A DNA stretch of 64,000 bases, taken from Octopus bimaculoides (lineage: Eukaryota). Positions 25,256 to 37,569 of the stretch are shown here, piece by piece (position 1 is the stretch's first letter; each line of letters opens with the position of its first letter). The position numbers and the translations under genes are program-made. The DNA lies in contig NC_068988.1 of assembly GCF_001194135.2 (NCBI RefSeq), forward strand, positions 86,030,874 through 86,094,873, in the 5' to 3' direction. The notes beneath the pieces were generated by a model. That model saw only the letters and a list, made by a program, of their open reading frames with translations. It ran no database searches and was not told the DNA's origin.

Positions 25256-25604
25256 AATAATGATAAATAACAAAATAAATAACTACTGACTGGAAGTCTT
25301 GTTGCAGGTATAAATTTCGAGTATTATCAGACAGAATGATTTGTGTTCTCATTGTCAAGGTGTAACTCGAAAAAGAACGATTATATATTCCTTTACTGCT
25401 CATAGAAAATAAACATAATTCCACGTTTCTAACACTTCTCTATAGTTTAAATCAAGTTTGTGCTTCCTTTCGAATCTGGCGGTTGAACTTATTGTTTAGT
25501 CGATCCAAAGGACATCCGGTGAATTCAAATAGAGAATTCTAAGGGGAAAATTTCATGTGTTATTTTGATTAAAGGACAATTTTGGTTCAGAATATAGCTA
25601 TGAC

Positions 25605-25650
25605 TTGTTAGCTTGTTATTCTAACAAGAAGTTCGGGCCTCATCAGACAA
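25605..25650 (-). ncRNA. Hammerhead-like motif with a damaged stem III junction
   Basis: Minus strand reads TTGT-CTGATGA-GGCCC-GAA-CTT-CTTGTTA-GAA-TAACAAG-CTA-ACAA. Stem I and distal stem III pair; the A15.1/G15.2 positions do not fit. Confidence 0.5.
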
Positions 25651-26029
25651 CCTATCAATTGACTCCCTACCTCCTCTTCCCACTGAAATGTTCCTTGTTT
25701 CTCTGCCGCTATGCACCTGATTGACACCAATATCTGGGATTTGAGGTTTTTTGGGGTTTTTTTGCCCACCCCTGTGACTCATATTCGGCTCACAAATCAG
25801 GGAAAGACTTCTAAAACTCAATCTATGGACAAATCGTATGATAACAGGGTCGAGAAACTTTGGCAAAATATTCTGGGAGTCACACAACTTGGGCACAGGT
25901 ACCAACCAACCACCAACTTGTCAGTCAGTGAGAAATCTATCGTTAAGTCAAGAAACATTAATAATTTCTATTCCTTCCGTAAGACAAAAGAAGAAAATGT
26001 TGTGTGTGCTCAATGGTAATGTATGCAAT

Positions 26030-26960
26030 CATGCAGATCTCTTTAATCCCGCACAATAAGCTACCTACCTTCAATGTCGCTGTGCCACCGCATGTAGGAT
26101 GATGATCCGGTGCAACGATCTGTACAACAATACCTCTGGAGGCATGAAACTCAGCATACATACGTACTACAGCTTCTTGATGAATCTTTCCTTCAGGCTA
26201 CAATTTCACTGTCTCATGAAGTCCTGCAAAAAGTCTTGTAATCTCGGGCAATAAAATTCTCTCTGTTATTGTTTGGATCAGGTCCTTGCTTCAGAAAATA
26301 GGATGGTTCTTTTTGTGGCTACTCAAATCGCTCATTCTATACATATCAGAACACATGGAGAGCAGCTGAAGACACCAGAACAAACTCACTCAAGATACAT
26401 CAATGGACAATGACTACGTCTTCCGCATAGATGTACTCTCCATGTACACCAATATACTACCAGCAGAAACCATCCAATCGCTCCAGATTTCCTCTCAACA
26501 AGCCTCAGTGCCTTTCGAGTAATCGTTACTGCAAATATGTTCTTCGCTGAGGAAATACCGCCACCTACAGGCAGTCCAGTATCTTTAGGTTGGATCCGCA
26601 CTCAGCGAATCGTGGTCACAAACGCTGAACAGTCTAGAACGTATTTTACTGTAACGAAGGTATGTGAACGACACGTCGTGACTATTTTTCTGAGACGAGG
26701 CCATAAAAATTTGCGAGGCTTTTAATGCCTGCCATAGTTTGATACTGAATATCCAGTTGCAAAGAGGTTCTTCAAGCTTGCTCGACTTCACCGCTTCCTT
26801 CCATTCAATGCAGACCCAAATTCACTTCTGTAAGGAGATTCCTACCAGATTTTTCATAATTACAGAGCCAAAAATAATGAAACGTTGTGTTACAACGAAT
26901 GAATCCGTCAGCCACAAGCCTAGATGCGGTAAAACCATGCATGCAAGCTCCATAAAGAAA
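26030..26960 (+). mobile_element. Highly degenerate Penelope-like reverse transcriptase
   Basis: FHCLMKSCK (about FYxLPKxHK), FRIDVLSMYTNILPAETI (about DVxSLYTNIP), RYVNDT (about RYVDD) and AFNACH...LLDF, in order across frameshifts. Confidence 0.65.
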
Positions 26961-26987
26961 AATTTCGTCGACCATATTTTATGAAAC

Positions 26988-27272
26988 TAGTATATGCCAC
27001 GAACTGAGACAAACAAACCATAGCCAGACAGGGGTGGTGGCAGAGAAAAAAGAGACAGTGATAAAAAGAACAAAAAAAAACAGGATATAGATCAAATTGC
27101 CCAAGTATGTTGATCGTCAGGCAAGATTAAAGAGACGTCTAAAGAGGTCTGAACTCCTTCTTAAAAGTGTAACCAGACTCTGAGACAATGCATGTCCTCT
27201 AACTGGAATAAGAACTCACACATCGGAAACCTGTCGCTTTAGTTGCTGTCCAATCAGATCAGAAAACGAAAC

Positions 27273-27324
<52 letters not shown>

Positions 27325-27410
27325 ACACACACACACAAACACGCACATAACACACACACAAATACACACACACATATATATACATACATTCATAAATATA
27401 TATGTGTGTA

Positions 27411-27457
<47 letters not shown>

Positions 27458-28122
27458 ACTTGGGGATGGTCATGTTGCCAGTTTAGCCAATAAAAACACA
27501 CGCACTGTATATTTGGTGTTAATTTTTTTTTTTCAGCTTTATATTACATTAATCTTAATCTTAATCTTATTAAGNNNNNNNNNNNNNNNNNNNNNNNNNN
27601 NNNNNNNNNNNNNNNNNNNNNNNNNNNNNNNNNNNNNNNNNNNNNNNNNNNNNNNNNNNNNNNNNNNNNNNNNNNNNNNNNNNNNNNNNNNNNNNNNNNN
27701 NNNNNNNNNNNNNNNNNNNNNNNNNNNNNNNNNNNNNNNNNNNNNNNNNNNNNNNNNNNNNNNNNNNNNNNNNNNNNNNNNNNNNNNNNNNNNNNNNNNN
27801 NNNNNNNNNNNNNNNNNNNNNNNNNNNNNNNNNNNNNNNNNNNNNNNNNNNNNNNNNNNNNNNNNNNNNNNNNNNNNNNTATATATAAGTATTATTGCCG
27901 TTATGTATAGTATATGCCACCAACTGAAACAAACAAACCACCTGCTATTGGTGTTAGCCAGACAGTGGTGGTGGCAGAGAAAAAAGAGACAGTGATAAAA
28001 TGAACAGAAAAAGCAGGATATAGATCAAATGGCCCAAGTATGGTAATCGCCAGGCAAGATTAAAGAGCTGTCTAAGGAGGTCTAAACTCCTTCCTTAATG
28101 CGTAACCACACTCTGAGACAAT
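26988..28122. repeat. About 200-bp direct repeat (26988-27189 and 27908-28122)
   Basis: The two copies are clearly alignable but diverged, and are separated by microsatellite and an N-gap. Confidence 0.9.
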
Positions 28123-28148
28123 ATATATATAAATACATACATACACAC

Positions 28149-28197
<49 letters not shown>

Positions 28198-28997
28198 NNN
28201 NNNNNNNCTCGCAAACGCACCCGTCCTTTGGACGGTTGAAGTTACTTTGGTGGTATTTTTTCACCAAATAATTGAACTACCGAGAATGTTTATGAGTAGC
28301 ACGACGATCTATGGTTCCGATTAACCTAGGAACGGAAAATCAAATTGAAGACTGGTTATTGTGGAGGTCGTTACACTTTAATGATCATAAAACATATAAG
28401 TTTGCAAGTGATACAATGTAGAGTTACTGAAATGTTTTGGGAGTAGATTACGGATAATGACTACAAAATATCATTGTTTTACATGAAAGCGAAATTTCTT
28501 GTCAAAAACAGTCACGTAAATGGTGTAAGGAAATTGAAGGGAGACGTTGAAACTTCCCTTCTGCGTGTTTAATTTTATTCAACAGCAAAGGGAGCTATAT
28601 TTTCGGAGAGAAGTATAAGTGGTACTTTCAAAAAGTACCACTTATACAATACTTACTTGAAAAAGTAGAGTTAAAGTAATGTATTTTTAATCATTTCTCT
28701 GAAAATGCATTGTTTCTATTCCTTTTTATTTATTTTTTTTTTAATTTTTATTTTTAAAATTCAATATCTTTGCTTTTTGTTGATTTCTTTCTCTTATAAG
28801 TCTGTTCTCAGTTACCCGACGAACTCTATGTATGTATGTATGCATGTATGTATGTAGGTGCATATGTATGTACGAATGTACGTGTTCATGTGAGAGAAAT
28901 GTATGTATATATCTATGTGTGTATGTTTGTATGTATGTATCTATGTGTCTATCTGTATATGTATGTATGAATGTGCACGTGTGTATATGCGCATGTA

Positions 28998-29975
28998 CGA
29001 AGGGATGAGGAAAAGTTCCTGGTATTAAGGGTATTGCGAAAGGGCAGAGCTGCTACCTTTACGGGAGATGTAGGACCAATACTTAGAAGATATGCAAAAA
29101 ATCATGACGGTATACAATATATCTTTCTCCTTTTTGCAGATTTAACATAATGGCAGCTCCTACTGTGGATTTTGGTAAAATTGAAGTACGGGTGGTCATG
29201 AAGTTCTTCTTTTCGCAAGGCAAAGGAGTGGCGAAAATCCATGGTAAGATGAAGGAAGTCTTGAAGGATGGATGCTGGTCATTTTGAGGTCATAGATAAA
29301 GTCCAGTCAGGACGACCAACTTCTGCAACCAGAGAGTTCAAAGCCAATGCTGTGCACGTCATGATTCTCGAGGACCGCCAGATTTCAGCTAAAGTCATAG
29401 CTGAGATTCTGGGGGTTTCCTGCGAAAGAGTTAGCCACATCATCCACAACATGAGAAAGCTTTCTACAAAATGGGTGCCGAAATGCCTGAACGCAGATCA
29501 GAAGTGCGTCAGACTGACGACATCAAAAGCGATTGTGGACCGGTTTTCAGTAGGATAGGCTGATTTTATGGCTCGTTCAGTCATTATGGATGGAACTTGG
29601 CTCCATCATTATGATCCCCAGACCCAGCAGCAATAAATGGAGTGGTATTACAGCGATTCACCGCATCCCAAGAAGTTTCAGACGCAGAAGTCAACTGGAA
29701 AGAATCTGGTTTTAGTGTTCTGCAACAAAGAACATGCTCATAGCATGCTTGCCAAAGGGTCGCTCGCACCATTAACGTAGAATACTACATAGCTTTGTTG
29801 GACGAACTGCGTGAAGCTTTGAAGCAGAAACCCATAGAAAGCTGAGGTGGGGTGTCCTGTTTTTGCAGAACAGTGCACCAGCACACACAGCACATGAAAC
29901 TCTACGGAAAATATGCGACTTCGGCTTCGAATTGGTAGACCACTCACCTTAATTTCCTGACTTGGCCCCCTCTGC
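28998..29975 (+). mobile_element. Degenerate mariner (DD34D) transposon, irritans/Hsmar2-like end
   Basis: TA|CGAAGGGATGAGGAAAAGTTCC terminus; SGRP, WVPKCL, DGTWLHHYDP and PDLAPS motifs. Truncated before the right TIR. Confidence 0.85.
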
Positions 29976-30329
29976 AAGAACGTATATTCCGGGTCTTCTA
30001 GGTGTGCGCTGCGCACCCATCGAAAATGGCAAATTCATTACAAATATTAACCTTACTCATTAATTTAATCACAAATCTTAATGGAAAACTTTTGTTATAC
30101 CCCTGCTTGGAATTTTGTGGCATTGGGTGTGGCAGCACACCCAGTACAACAACCACCATACGCCACTGCTGTCGGGACACTGATGGTCCAGAACCTCTTA
30201 TAAAGCATATTAACCTATGAGTAGGAACTTCAGATTCCCGCGGCAGCCTAACTAGTTGATTAGTACCTTGCGTAGAACAGTTTTAATAAACTTTATCATT
30301 TATATTAATGTAGAGCTACCTATATTTCA

Positions 30330-30690
30330 TTTATTTATCTCAATCATTAGACTACGGCCATGCTGGGCTAGCGCCTTGATGAATTTTTAGTCGAATGTAC
30401 CTGGTACTTATGCAATCGGTCTTCTTTGCCGAACCGCTAAGTTAATGGGGCGTAAACACACCAGTACCGGTTGTGAAGCAGTGTTAGGGGACAAACACAC
30501 ACACATACACACATATATCTACATACATACACAACAGGCTTCTTTCATTTCCCGTCTACCAAATTCAGTCACAAGGCTTTTGTTGGCCCGAGGGTATAAT
30601 AGAAGATACTTGCTCAAGGTACTAAGCAATGGGACAGAACCCAGAACCATGTGGTTAGGAAGCAAGCTTCGTACCACACAGCCACGCCAA
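30330..30690 (-). mobile_element. SINE family A copy
   Basis: Family A layout in reverse. Confidence 0.8.
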
Positions 30691-31266
30691 CGTCTATATA
30701 TTTAATATTTGCTTAATTTAGAATGTGTTTAATATTTGTTTAATTTAGAATGTGTTCACCGAGGTGACCATCTCTGGTTCAGGAAAAATATCAGTTATCA
30801 AAACAGACTTTGGAACCTAAGATTACGAAAAATCGATATTGTATATGGTTTCTGATTTGGGCTCAAGACCAGCGATACTAAGGGAAAATGGCAGCATCAC
30901 GTCAACTACTTATTTGGTGCTTTATATTTATCGACCTTGAAAGGATGGAAGGCAAAGTTTATCTCGGCGAGATTTGAAACCAGAATATACAGGCGCAGAA
31001 TGAGTTATTTCCCTTGGCTGTTAAAATCTGGGCGAATGGGTTATTTCCCTTGATTGTTAAAATGAAATATATTAGATATATATAAGGATCCCTTTCAGGG
31101 ACCCTATTGCCGATTTTTTTTCAGCAATCTGAGTATCCCATGAACGATAAAACGATGTAGGAGGAGTTAGCTAACAACTCCACAAACACACCCACAGATA
31201 GAATTCCCCCCCACACACACACACATATATATATATATATACATATATANNNNNNNNNNNNNNNTA

Positions 31267-31300
<34 letters not shown>

Positions 31301-31548
31301 TGTATTTGTTTGTCTGTGTTTGTCCTCGCCCCACCATCGCTTGACAACCGATGTTGGCGAGTTTACGTCCCCGTCACAAAGCGGTTCGGCAAAAGAGACC
31401 GATAGAATAAGTCCTAGGCTTTTAAAGAAAAAGTCCTGGATTCTATTTGTTCGACTAAAGGCGGTGCTCCCGCATGGCCGCAGTCAAATGACCGAAACAG
31501 GTAAGAGTCAGAGCGAATACCTCAAAGCATTTTCCCGGCGTTCTAACG

Positions 31549-32201
31549 TAGTGGTTCTGAACCATTTTTTTAAAGGACCCCTTTGATTACTATTTTAGTC
31601 TGACCTCTCACAATATAGAAACATTTCTAATGGCACCAACAGACAAAATGGAAAAGCATTGCCCCAGGAGGATAGCGAGGGAGATGCACTGGAACAGTCA
31701 CTCTGACTCACAGAGCTCGCACTTGCGGACAGTAATTTCCACCCTGATTCCACCCTGATAGCGGTGAGCAGGGATATGGTCCAGGGGCCAAAAACGTCGG
31801 AGGTCTCGAGATCTCAACTACCACAAGCTCGACCACAAACCTGTCGGAGAGCCAACGTTACTTTGACAGTTTTTCTTTTTCTGGTGGACTCCCATAACCA
31901 TCCGATGTTTAAAATCTAGTTTTATAGATTTTGATAGCCACCGATCTTTATAGATTTTGTTTTTTACATATTCACTTGTGTAGGTTGGCAACAGCACTCT
32001 CTCAGAGAACATTTTCAAGTAGCCAGAAACACGTGGAACTATGTAAAACGTGAGAGAAAGAAACCTAGCTGTTTCTTCCAATAAATACATCTAAACCAAA
32101 AAAATTTTATGGTCCCTTAAAATACTACTGTGGACCCCAAATTTACTCTTTTGCTTGTGTGGACCCCAGTGGTCATATGGACCCCGGTTGAAAAACCTCT
32201 G
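31549..32201. mobile_element. hAT (Charlie-like) MITE inserted into a SINE B head
   Basis: TIR-like TAGTGGTTCTGAACC / GGTTGAAAAACCTCTG; perfect 8-bp TSD TTCTAACG; the flanks rejoin into the SINE B consensus. Confidence 0.85.
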
Positions 32202-32707
32202 TTCTAACGATTCTGCCAGCTCCCCGCCTTGTGTGGGTTTCTAATAAATGTGGAAACCAAAATTTTAGATCGTCTGATAGACAAGGGGAAGTAATTCAAT
32301 CATATTTATCTTCCTATTAAGAAAAGAAATTTTTATTTGGAGAAATCATTTTTTATTAGCTGCACCCGTGAAAACTTCACAGAAAATATAAAAAATGTAT
32401 GCATCTGTAAATAGTGACTTCATTTAATAACTATCGAATAATTATGCATAAGCAGGAACCTGGGAAATTCTACGAAATACAAAAAGTGTAAGCATCTTTA
32501 AAAGTAACATCCAATTATAGTGTCGAAAAGTAAAAGCAATACCCAATATTGCTGAGGACCTAGTATACAGAATATGGTAATTAATTATAATGTAGAAATG
32601 TAAAAGTGAGATCCAATATTTGCTGTGGTTATGTATTTGTCTACTCTGAAAATACTGATAAACATTGAAAAATACAAAACGAACGCTACCTTCCTTTCAG
32701 ACACCAC

Positions 32708-32742
<35 letters not shown>

Positions 32743-33264
32743 CCCTCTCTCTGTCTCTCTCTCTCTCTCACCCTCTTCTCTCTCGCATTGCCACTCACTT
32801 CAACTATACCTTCTCTGCTTAACACTTTTTATTTCTTTTTCTTTCAACCTTTCCCTTCAACTGTAGAAAAGTAACAGTAACATCCACAGCTATTTCCCGA
32901 CACTCGGGAGATTTTTTTTTTTTTTTTTTTTTCCCCACATCAAATTCTGATATATAATTGTTATCTACACTCTCTGAAAGGTATTTATAAAGAAAATTTC
33001 AATAAAAGATATCCATTTTTCCGAAAGTTATGTGGAAACAAAGTCAGATGAACGAAACACACACACACACACACAAATATTTTCAGTTTTGACAACAATT
33101 ACATGTAGTGAAGAATATTGTATACCAAAGGAAAATGGAAGTACAGTAAATAAATTATTTTAACTATGAATCGTTGTCATTTATTTGTTTACTTTAAAGA
33201 CACCCACATGCCTATCGCATTTGTTCACCTTAACACATGTTGATATACACTTAACCAATACGAA

Positions 33265-33834
33265 GGGCCTTTGGGGTTTGACGGGCAACATTTGTTTTCT
33301 TAACGAAACACTTTCAAACTTGGGACACTGGTAGAATGTGTCATATAAAACAACTTATTCACTTAACCTTCTTAACAAAAAATTGTACATCGCAAGTTAT
33401 TTTATGTTAAAGTTGTCGTATTTCTGTAATTTCAATCAATCACTGACGTCTATTCAGCTGAATAGAGTTACTGTTGTTCGGTGTCAAGTGTGTTATTCCC
33501 TGTTTAATTATATCATTATTCCCTAGTAAGGGTTTAGGGTTTTAGGGTTAGGGTTAGGGTTATGGTTGTAGTTGTTGTTGACAAACAACGGGACTAATTT
33601 TATTCAAGGGAAAAGATCCCATGACACCGTTACGGCATTAATTGTTTTCACCACAATAGACGTCAGTGATTGGTTGAAATTACCGAAATACGACAATTTT
33701 TTACATAAAATAACTTCGAATACAAATTTTTTATCTGTTCTATACCACAAAATATACAAATATTCGAAGTTTGAAAGTGTTTCGGTACCAAAAACACTAC
33801 AAAAACAATGTTGCCCGTCAAACCCCAAAGATCC
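33265..33834. mobile_element. Second Merlin-type TTAGGG-containing MITE (sister subfamily of 24151-24800)
   Basis: TIR GG(GC/AT)CTTTGGGGTTTGACGGGCAACATT; subterminal arms align with the 24151 copy; TTAGGG run at about 33525-33560; degenerate TSD. Confidence 0.8.
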
Positions 33835-34270
33835 CAAACAGAATTCATGTGCACCTCAAGGAGCCAATATATCTAATGAACTCTACCAGCGTTTCTTATC
33901 TTAATGAGATTTTCTACCCTAATTTACTATTGCGGTATTAATTTGTCTTTTTGTTTTATTCTCTTTGCATTGTTTATTATTGAGCTATCCTTACGCGCGC
34001 GTGCACGCACACACACACACATATAAAGTTAAAAATTAAAGATTAAATTTAAATTTGCGTGTTGGGTATGTCCCGAGGAGTATGCCGACAAAGCACGTTA
34101 ACTGCCGATGGCTACCTGGTGACAGCCATGGTAATTGCACAACCGTCGCTGGATCTACATTAGGAATTCCTCAGTGCACATTGAGTATAGTAGAAACCCT
34201 GCTACAACTTAAAGGGTGATTACTTTAGGTTACTTTTTAGTTTACTTTTCTATTTCTAAAAACGCTTAAG

Positions 34271-34429
34271 ATGTTTGCTAAAGATTTTTACAATGTGATC
34301 ACCGACGAGACGAAAGCAGTTGTATTTTCACGAAGAAATTACCTTTTAGATGATGAACAAAATGTTGCACCATGTCATCGTTGTGGTGGAGAAATAAAGA
34401 AAGCGCGAAGAAAATGGAAAAACGGATAA
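34271..34429 (+). pseudogene. Merlin-like transposase N-terminus (52 aa, CxxC)
   Basis: MFAKDFYNVITDETKAVVFSRRNYLL...CHRCGGEI resembles Merlin N-termini; a GGATCT start lies upstream at 34151. Confidence 0.5.
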
Positions 34430-34715
34430 ATTTTCCTAACTTTATGTTGCAAAACACACGGCTATTATTTATTTTTTGCTTCTTGTTATTATTTGCAAAG
34501 ACATAAATGAAATATGGTTTTATTATTATTGAAATAGTAAGAATTTTGAAAAAAATATATTTACAATGCTAAATGTGTACAAAAGAATTTATAATAAATT
34601 TGAATAGCAATTTGATAATAGAGATGAAATACAAATTTTAATAATGTTATCGATGAATTGAACGAACATCTGCTAAAACGTAAGAAAAAGGTGTTCGGCA
34701 CTCTTCCTCATCTAT

Positions 34716-34978
34716 AGCTAATAGAAATAATCGAGGTGAGAATGAGAGATTCTTTGGTTCACTCGTCTCATCTTTTTCAAAATACTAATTTTCGAATCCA
34801 ACCAAGTTCTTTCAGTATTGACTCCAGCGTTTGGATCAATATAATGTCTTAGGTGGTTGACAGTTGAATGGCGGAAATTTAGACGATTTAGATTGAAGTA
34901 TATTGGCCATTCGTCAGAATAAATAGCCGAATTTTCTGTAACTTTTCTTTGACTTATAGGTTCAAGTGTTTCACGATT
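34716..34978 (-). pseudogene. Merlin/IS1595-family DDE transposase C-terminal fragment
   Basis: Open for about 87 codons: NRETLEPI...IYSDEWPIY...HSTVNH..YIDPNAGVNTERTW...HLDYFY*. Confidence 0.85.
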
Positions 34979-35404
34979 TCAGAACGATGTTTGGCAGACG
35001 CGAGTAATAGCCTTTAAAGTTGTAGATCACAGGTCAAAGTAGCAACTTAGAAACAATAGAATTTAGTGATACTTCTTCCTTCTTTCAGAATCAAACAATC
35101 AATATATATTTGGAAACTGGAAGAAAATTAAATTCGTCATTCACTTGGTGAAGCAAACCGTACATGAAAGGGACAAGGTCTTGCAGCCTATGTAATTCTG
35201 AAAAGAATTCCATTTTAATGGATCTCAACAAGCATAAGGAAGACAGATGCAAAATTTTCAACAACTACAGACACAGGAATTTTTTCTATCATAAAAACAC
35301 ACAAACATTCACATACATTATGAGACTTAAAGTTTAACAAGCATTTAGGAATGAAAAACTTATACGATCATACTGAAGAAAAAACATTTACGCTCTTAAC
35401 ACGG

Positions 35405-35523
35405 TATTCAACATTCATCCTTTCGGGGTCGATAAAATGAGTACCAGTTGAGTACTGGGGGCGAAGTAATCGACTTACCCCTCTTCCCTCAAATTACTGG
35501 CCTTGTGCCAAAAATTTGAAACC

Positions 35524-35557
<34 letters not shown>

Positions 35558-35810
35558 CGGTGGTGAGCTGGCAGAATTGTTAATGCTTCGGAAAATGATT
35601 AGCGGTAGTTCTTCCACTTCTGTACCTTCTGAATTCAAATTCCGCCAAGGTCGACTTATCCTTTCAGGACCAATAAACTAAGCATCAATCGAGTTCTGAG
35701 GTCGATATAATCGACTTATCTCTGTCCACAAAATTGTTGGCTTTGTGCTAAAATCTGGAATCTTTTTTTCTTTTTTTTTTTATAATTACTATTATTATTT
35801 AAATATATAA
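35405..35810 (+). mobile_element. Two head-to-tail SINE B copies joined by (ATT)n
   Basis: 3' part at 35405-35525, (ATT)n, then a full copy at 35558-35760. Confidence 0.8.
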
Positions 35811-37434
35811 TGTTATAGTTTCGTAACAGTCAATTAATTTTACCGAACGGTTTCAAGTTGATAACTCTCCAGAACTGGAAAGATAAATTAGTTAATTATT
35901 GGACATGGCTGTATTCCAGTGGGTGTCTCCTTTAACTAAGCTAGAGCTTGCAATTTTATAAATCAAGAACTATAATTGAAGAAGTATACCTTTGGCATAC
36001 GTGTACCTTCGTCTTAACTATTTACTTGTCTTTTGTATCACATATGACGCATAGAACTTATTTCCTTGGAGTTCATGCATCATATATGATACTCATTCCT
36101 AATTTTTTCAACCACTTGGGACTTATAAAAGCAAGAATTATATTATTGAGAACGTATGAGACAGGTTAACTAAAAGTCTGGAAACAAACATGAACGTTCA
36201 GAACAAAATTATGAAAATGTTTTGGATATGCAGAGGGTTAATCATGCATGGCATACCTTGCATTCATGCAAGAAATGTCACTGGTATTATTTTTAACTGA
36301 TTTCAGGTGAAGACGACGAGTTAGCGTTGTTTTTACGACACTCAAGTTCAAATCTCACCGAGTTCAGTCTTTGCTTTTTTACCCTTTCAGGGTCGATAAA
36401 AGCATCAAACCACAACAGCGAATTGCCGAAATTGTATAGCGTTGGGCAAGGTAGCTTGTGGTACATGTTCTGCCTTGACTTTTTCTGTAATCTGAAAGCA
36501 ACGCCTGCAACGACACAGGTCCCTGCTGTATCAACCGTAAGTCGGCGGTCTTTCCATTGGCATTAGAGGGAGGAAGCTTGCATGCATAATCAACTAATCA
36601 TTTTCCCCAAAAAAAACTATGCCCAGGGCTATGATTTTTTTTTTTCTTTTTTTTTTTTGTGTGTGGTAGCAATTAGTAGTCGATGCGTGCAAGCCTCCTC
36701 TTTCGATAAAGCCATTGGTGTTTATTCAAGGGAAAAAACTACGTTGGTTAGCAGTAAATAAGCTCTCGCTCGACGTTTCATTACATCATCAAACATATTT
36801 TGTTCTGTTTCGTCCATTTTTCTAATTTAATTTTTTCTTTTTTTTTTTTCCTAATTCATGCATTTGTTATAGAGTCAACTTATAAAACTTTCTTTTTACC
36901 ATGTCTTATTACAGACCGCATTCATAAATAAAGCGTCCGTGNNNNNNNNNNNNNNNNNNNNNNNNNNNNNNNNNNNNNNNNNNNNNNNNNNNNNNNNNNN
37001 NNNNNNNNNNNNNNNNNNNNNNNNNNNNNNNNNNNNNNNNNNNNNNNNNNNNNNNNNNNNNNNNNNNNNNNNNNNNNNNNNNNNNNNNNNNNNNNNNNNN
37101 NNNNNNNNNNNNNNNNNNNNNNNNNNNNNNNNNNNNNNNNNNNNNNNNNNNNNNNNNNNNNNNNNNNNNNNNNNNNNNNNNNNNNNNNNNNNNNNNNNNN
37201 NNNNNNNNNNNNNNNNNNNNNNNNNNNNNNNNNNNNNNNNNNNNNNNNNNNNNNNNNNNNNNNNNNNNNNNNNNNNNNNNNNNNNNNNNNNNNNNNNNNN
37301 NNNNNNNNNNNNNNNNNNNNNNNNNNNNNNNNNNNNNNNNNNNNNNNNNNNNNNNNNNNNNNNNNNNNNNNNNNNNNNNNNNNNNNNNNNNNNNNNNNNN
37401 NNNNNNNNNNNNNNNNNNNNNNNNNNNNNNNNNA

Positions 37435-37555
37435 TCCTAACCCTAACCCTATTCCTAACCCTAACCCTAACCCTAAACACGTATTCATTTGCACACGCGG
37501 GTTAGGGATAGGGTTAGGGTTAGGGTTAGGGACAGGATTAGGGTTAGGGTTAGGA
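37435..37555. repeat. Divergent telomere-like repeats: (CCCTAA)n, ~22-bp spacer, (TTAGGG)n
   Basis: Seen directly; it abuts an N-gap on the left. Confidence 0.9.
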
Positions 37556-37569
37556 TCGACCACTCAAGA

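Noticed and set aside
30000-30172. GGGTGTG/CACACCC hairpin and TACGCCACTG hAT-like end
   Set aside because: No matching left terminus or TSD was found; at most a truncated MITE.
34300-34325. CCGACGA-GAC-GAAA minimal hammerhead look-alike
   Set aside because: It lies within the Merlin-like ORF, has U4 mutated and lacks stems; chance match.
37435-37555. Chromosome end-to-end fusion scar
   Set aside because: The orientation is CCCTAA then TTAGGG, the reverse of a fusion junction.
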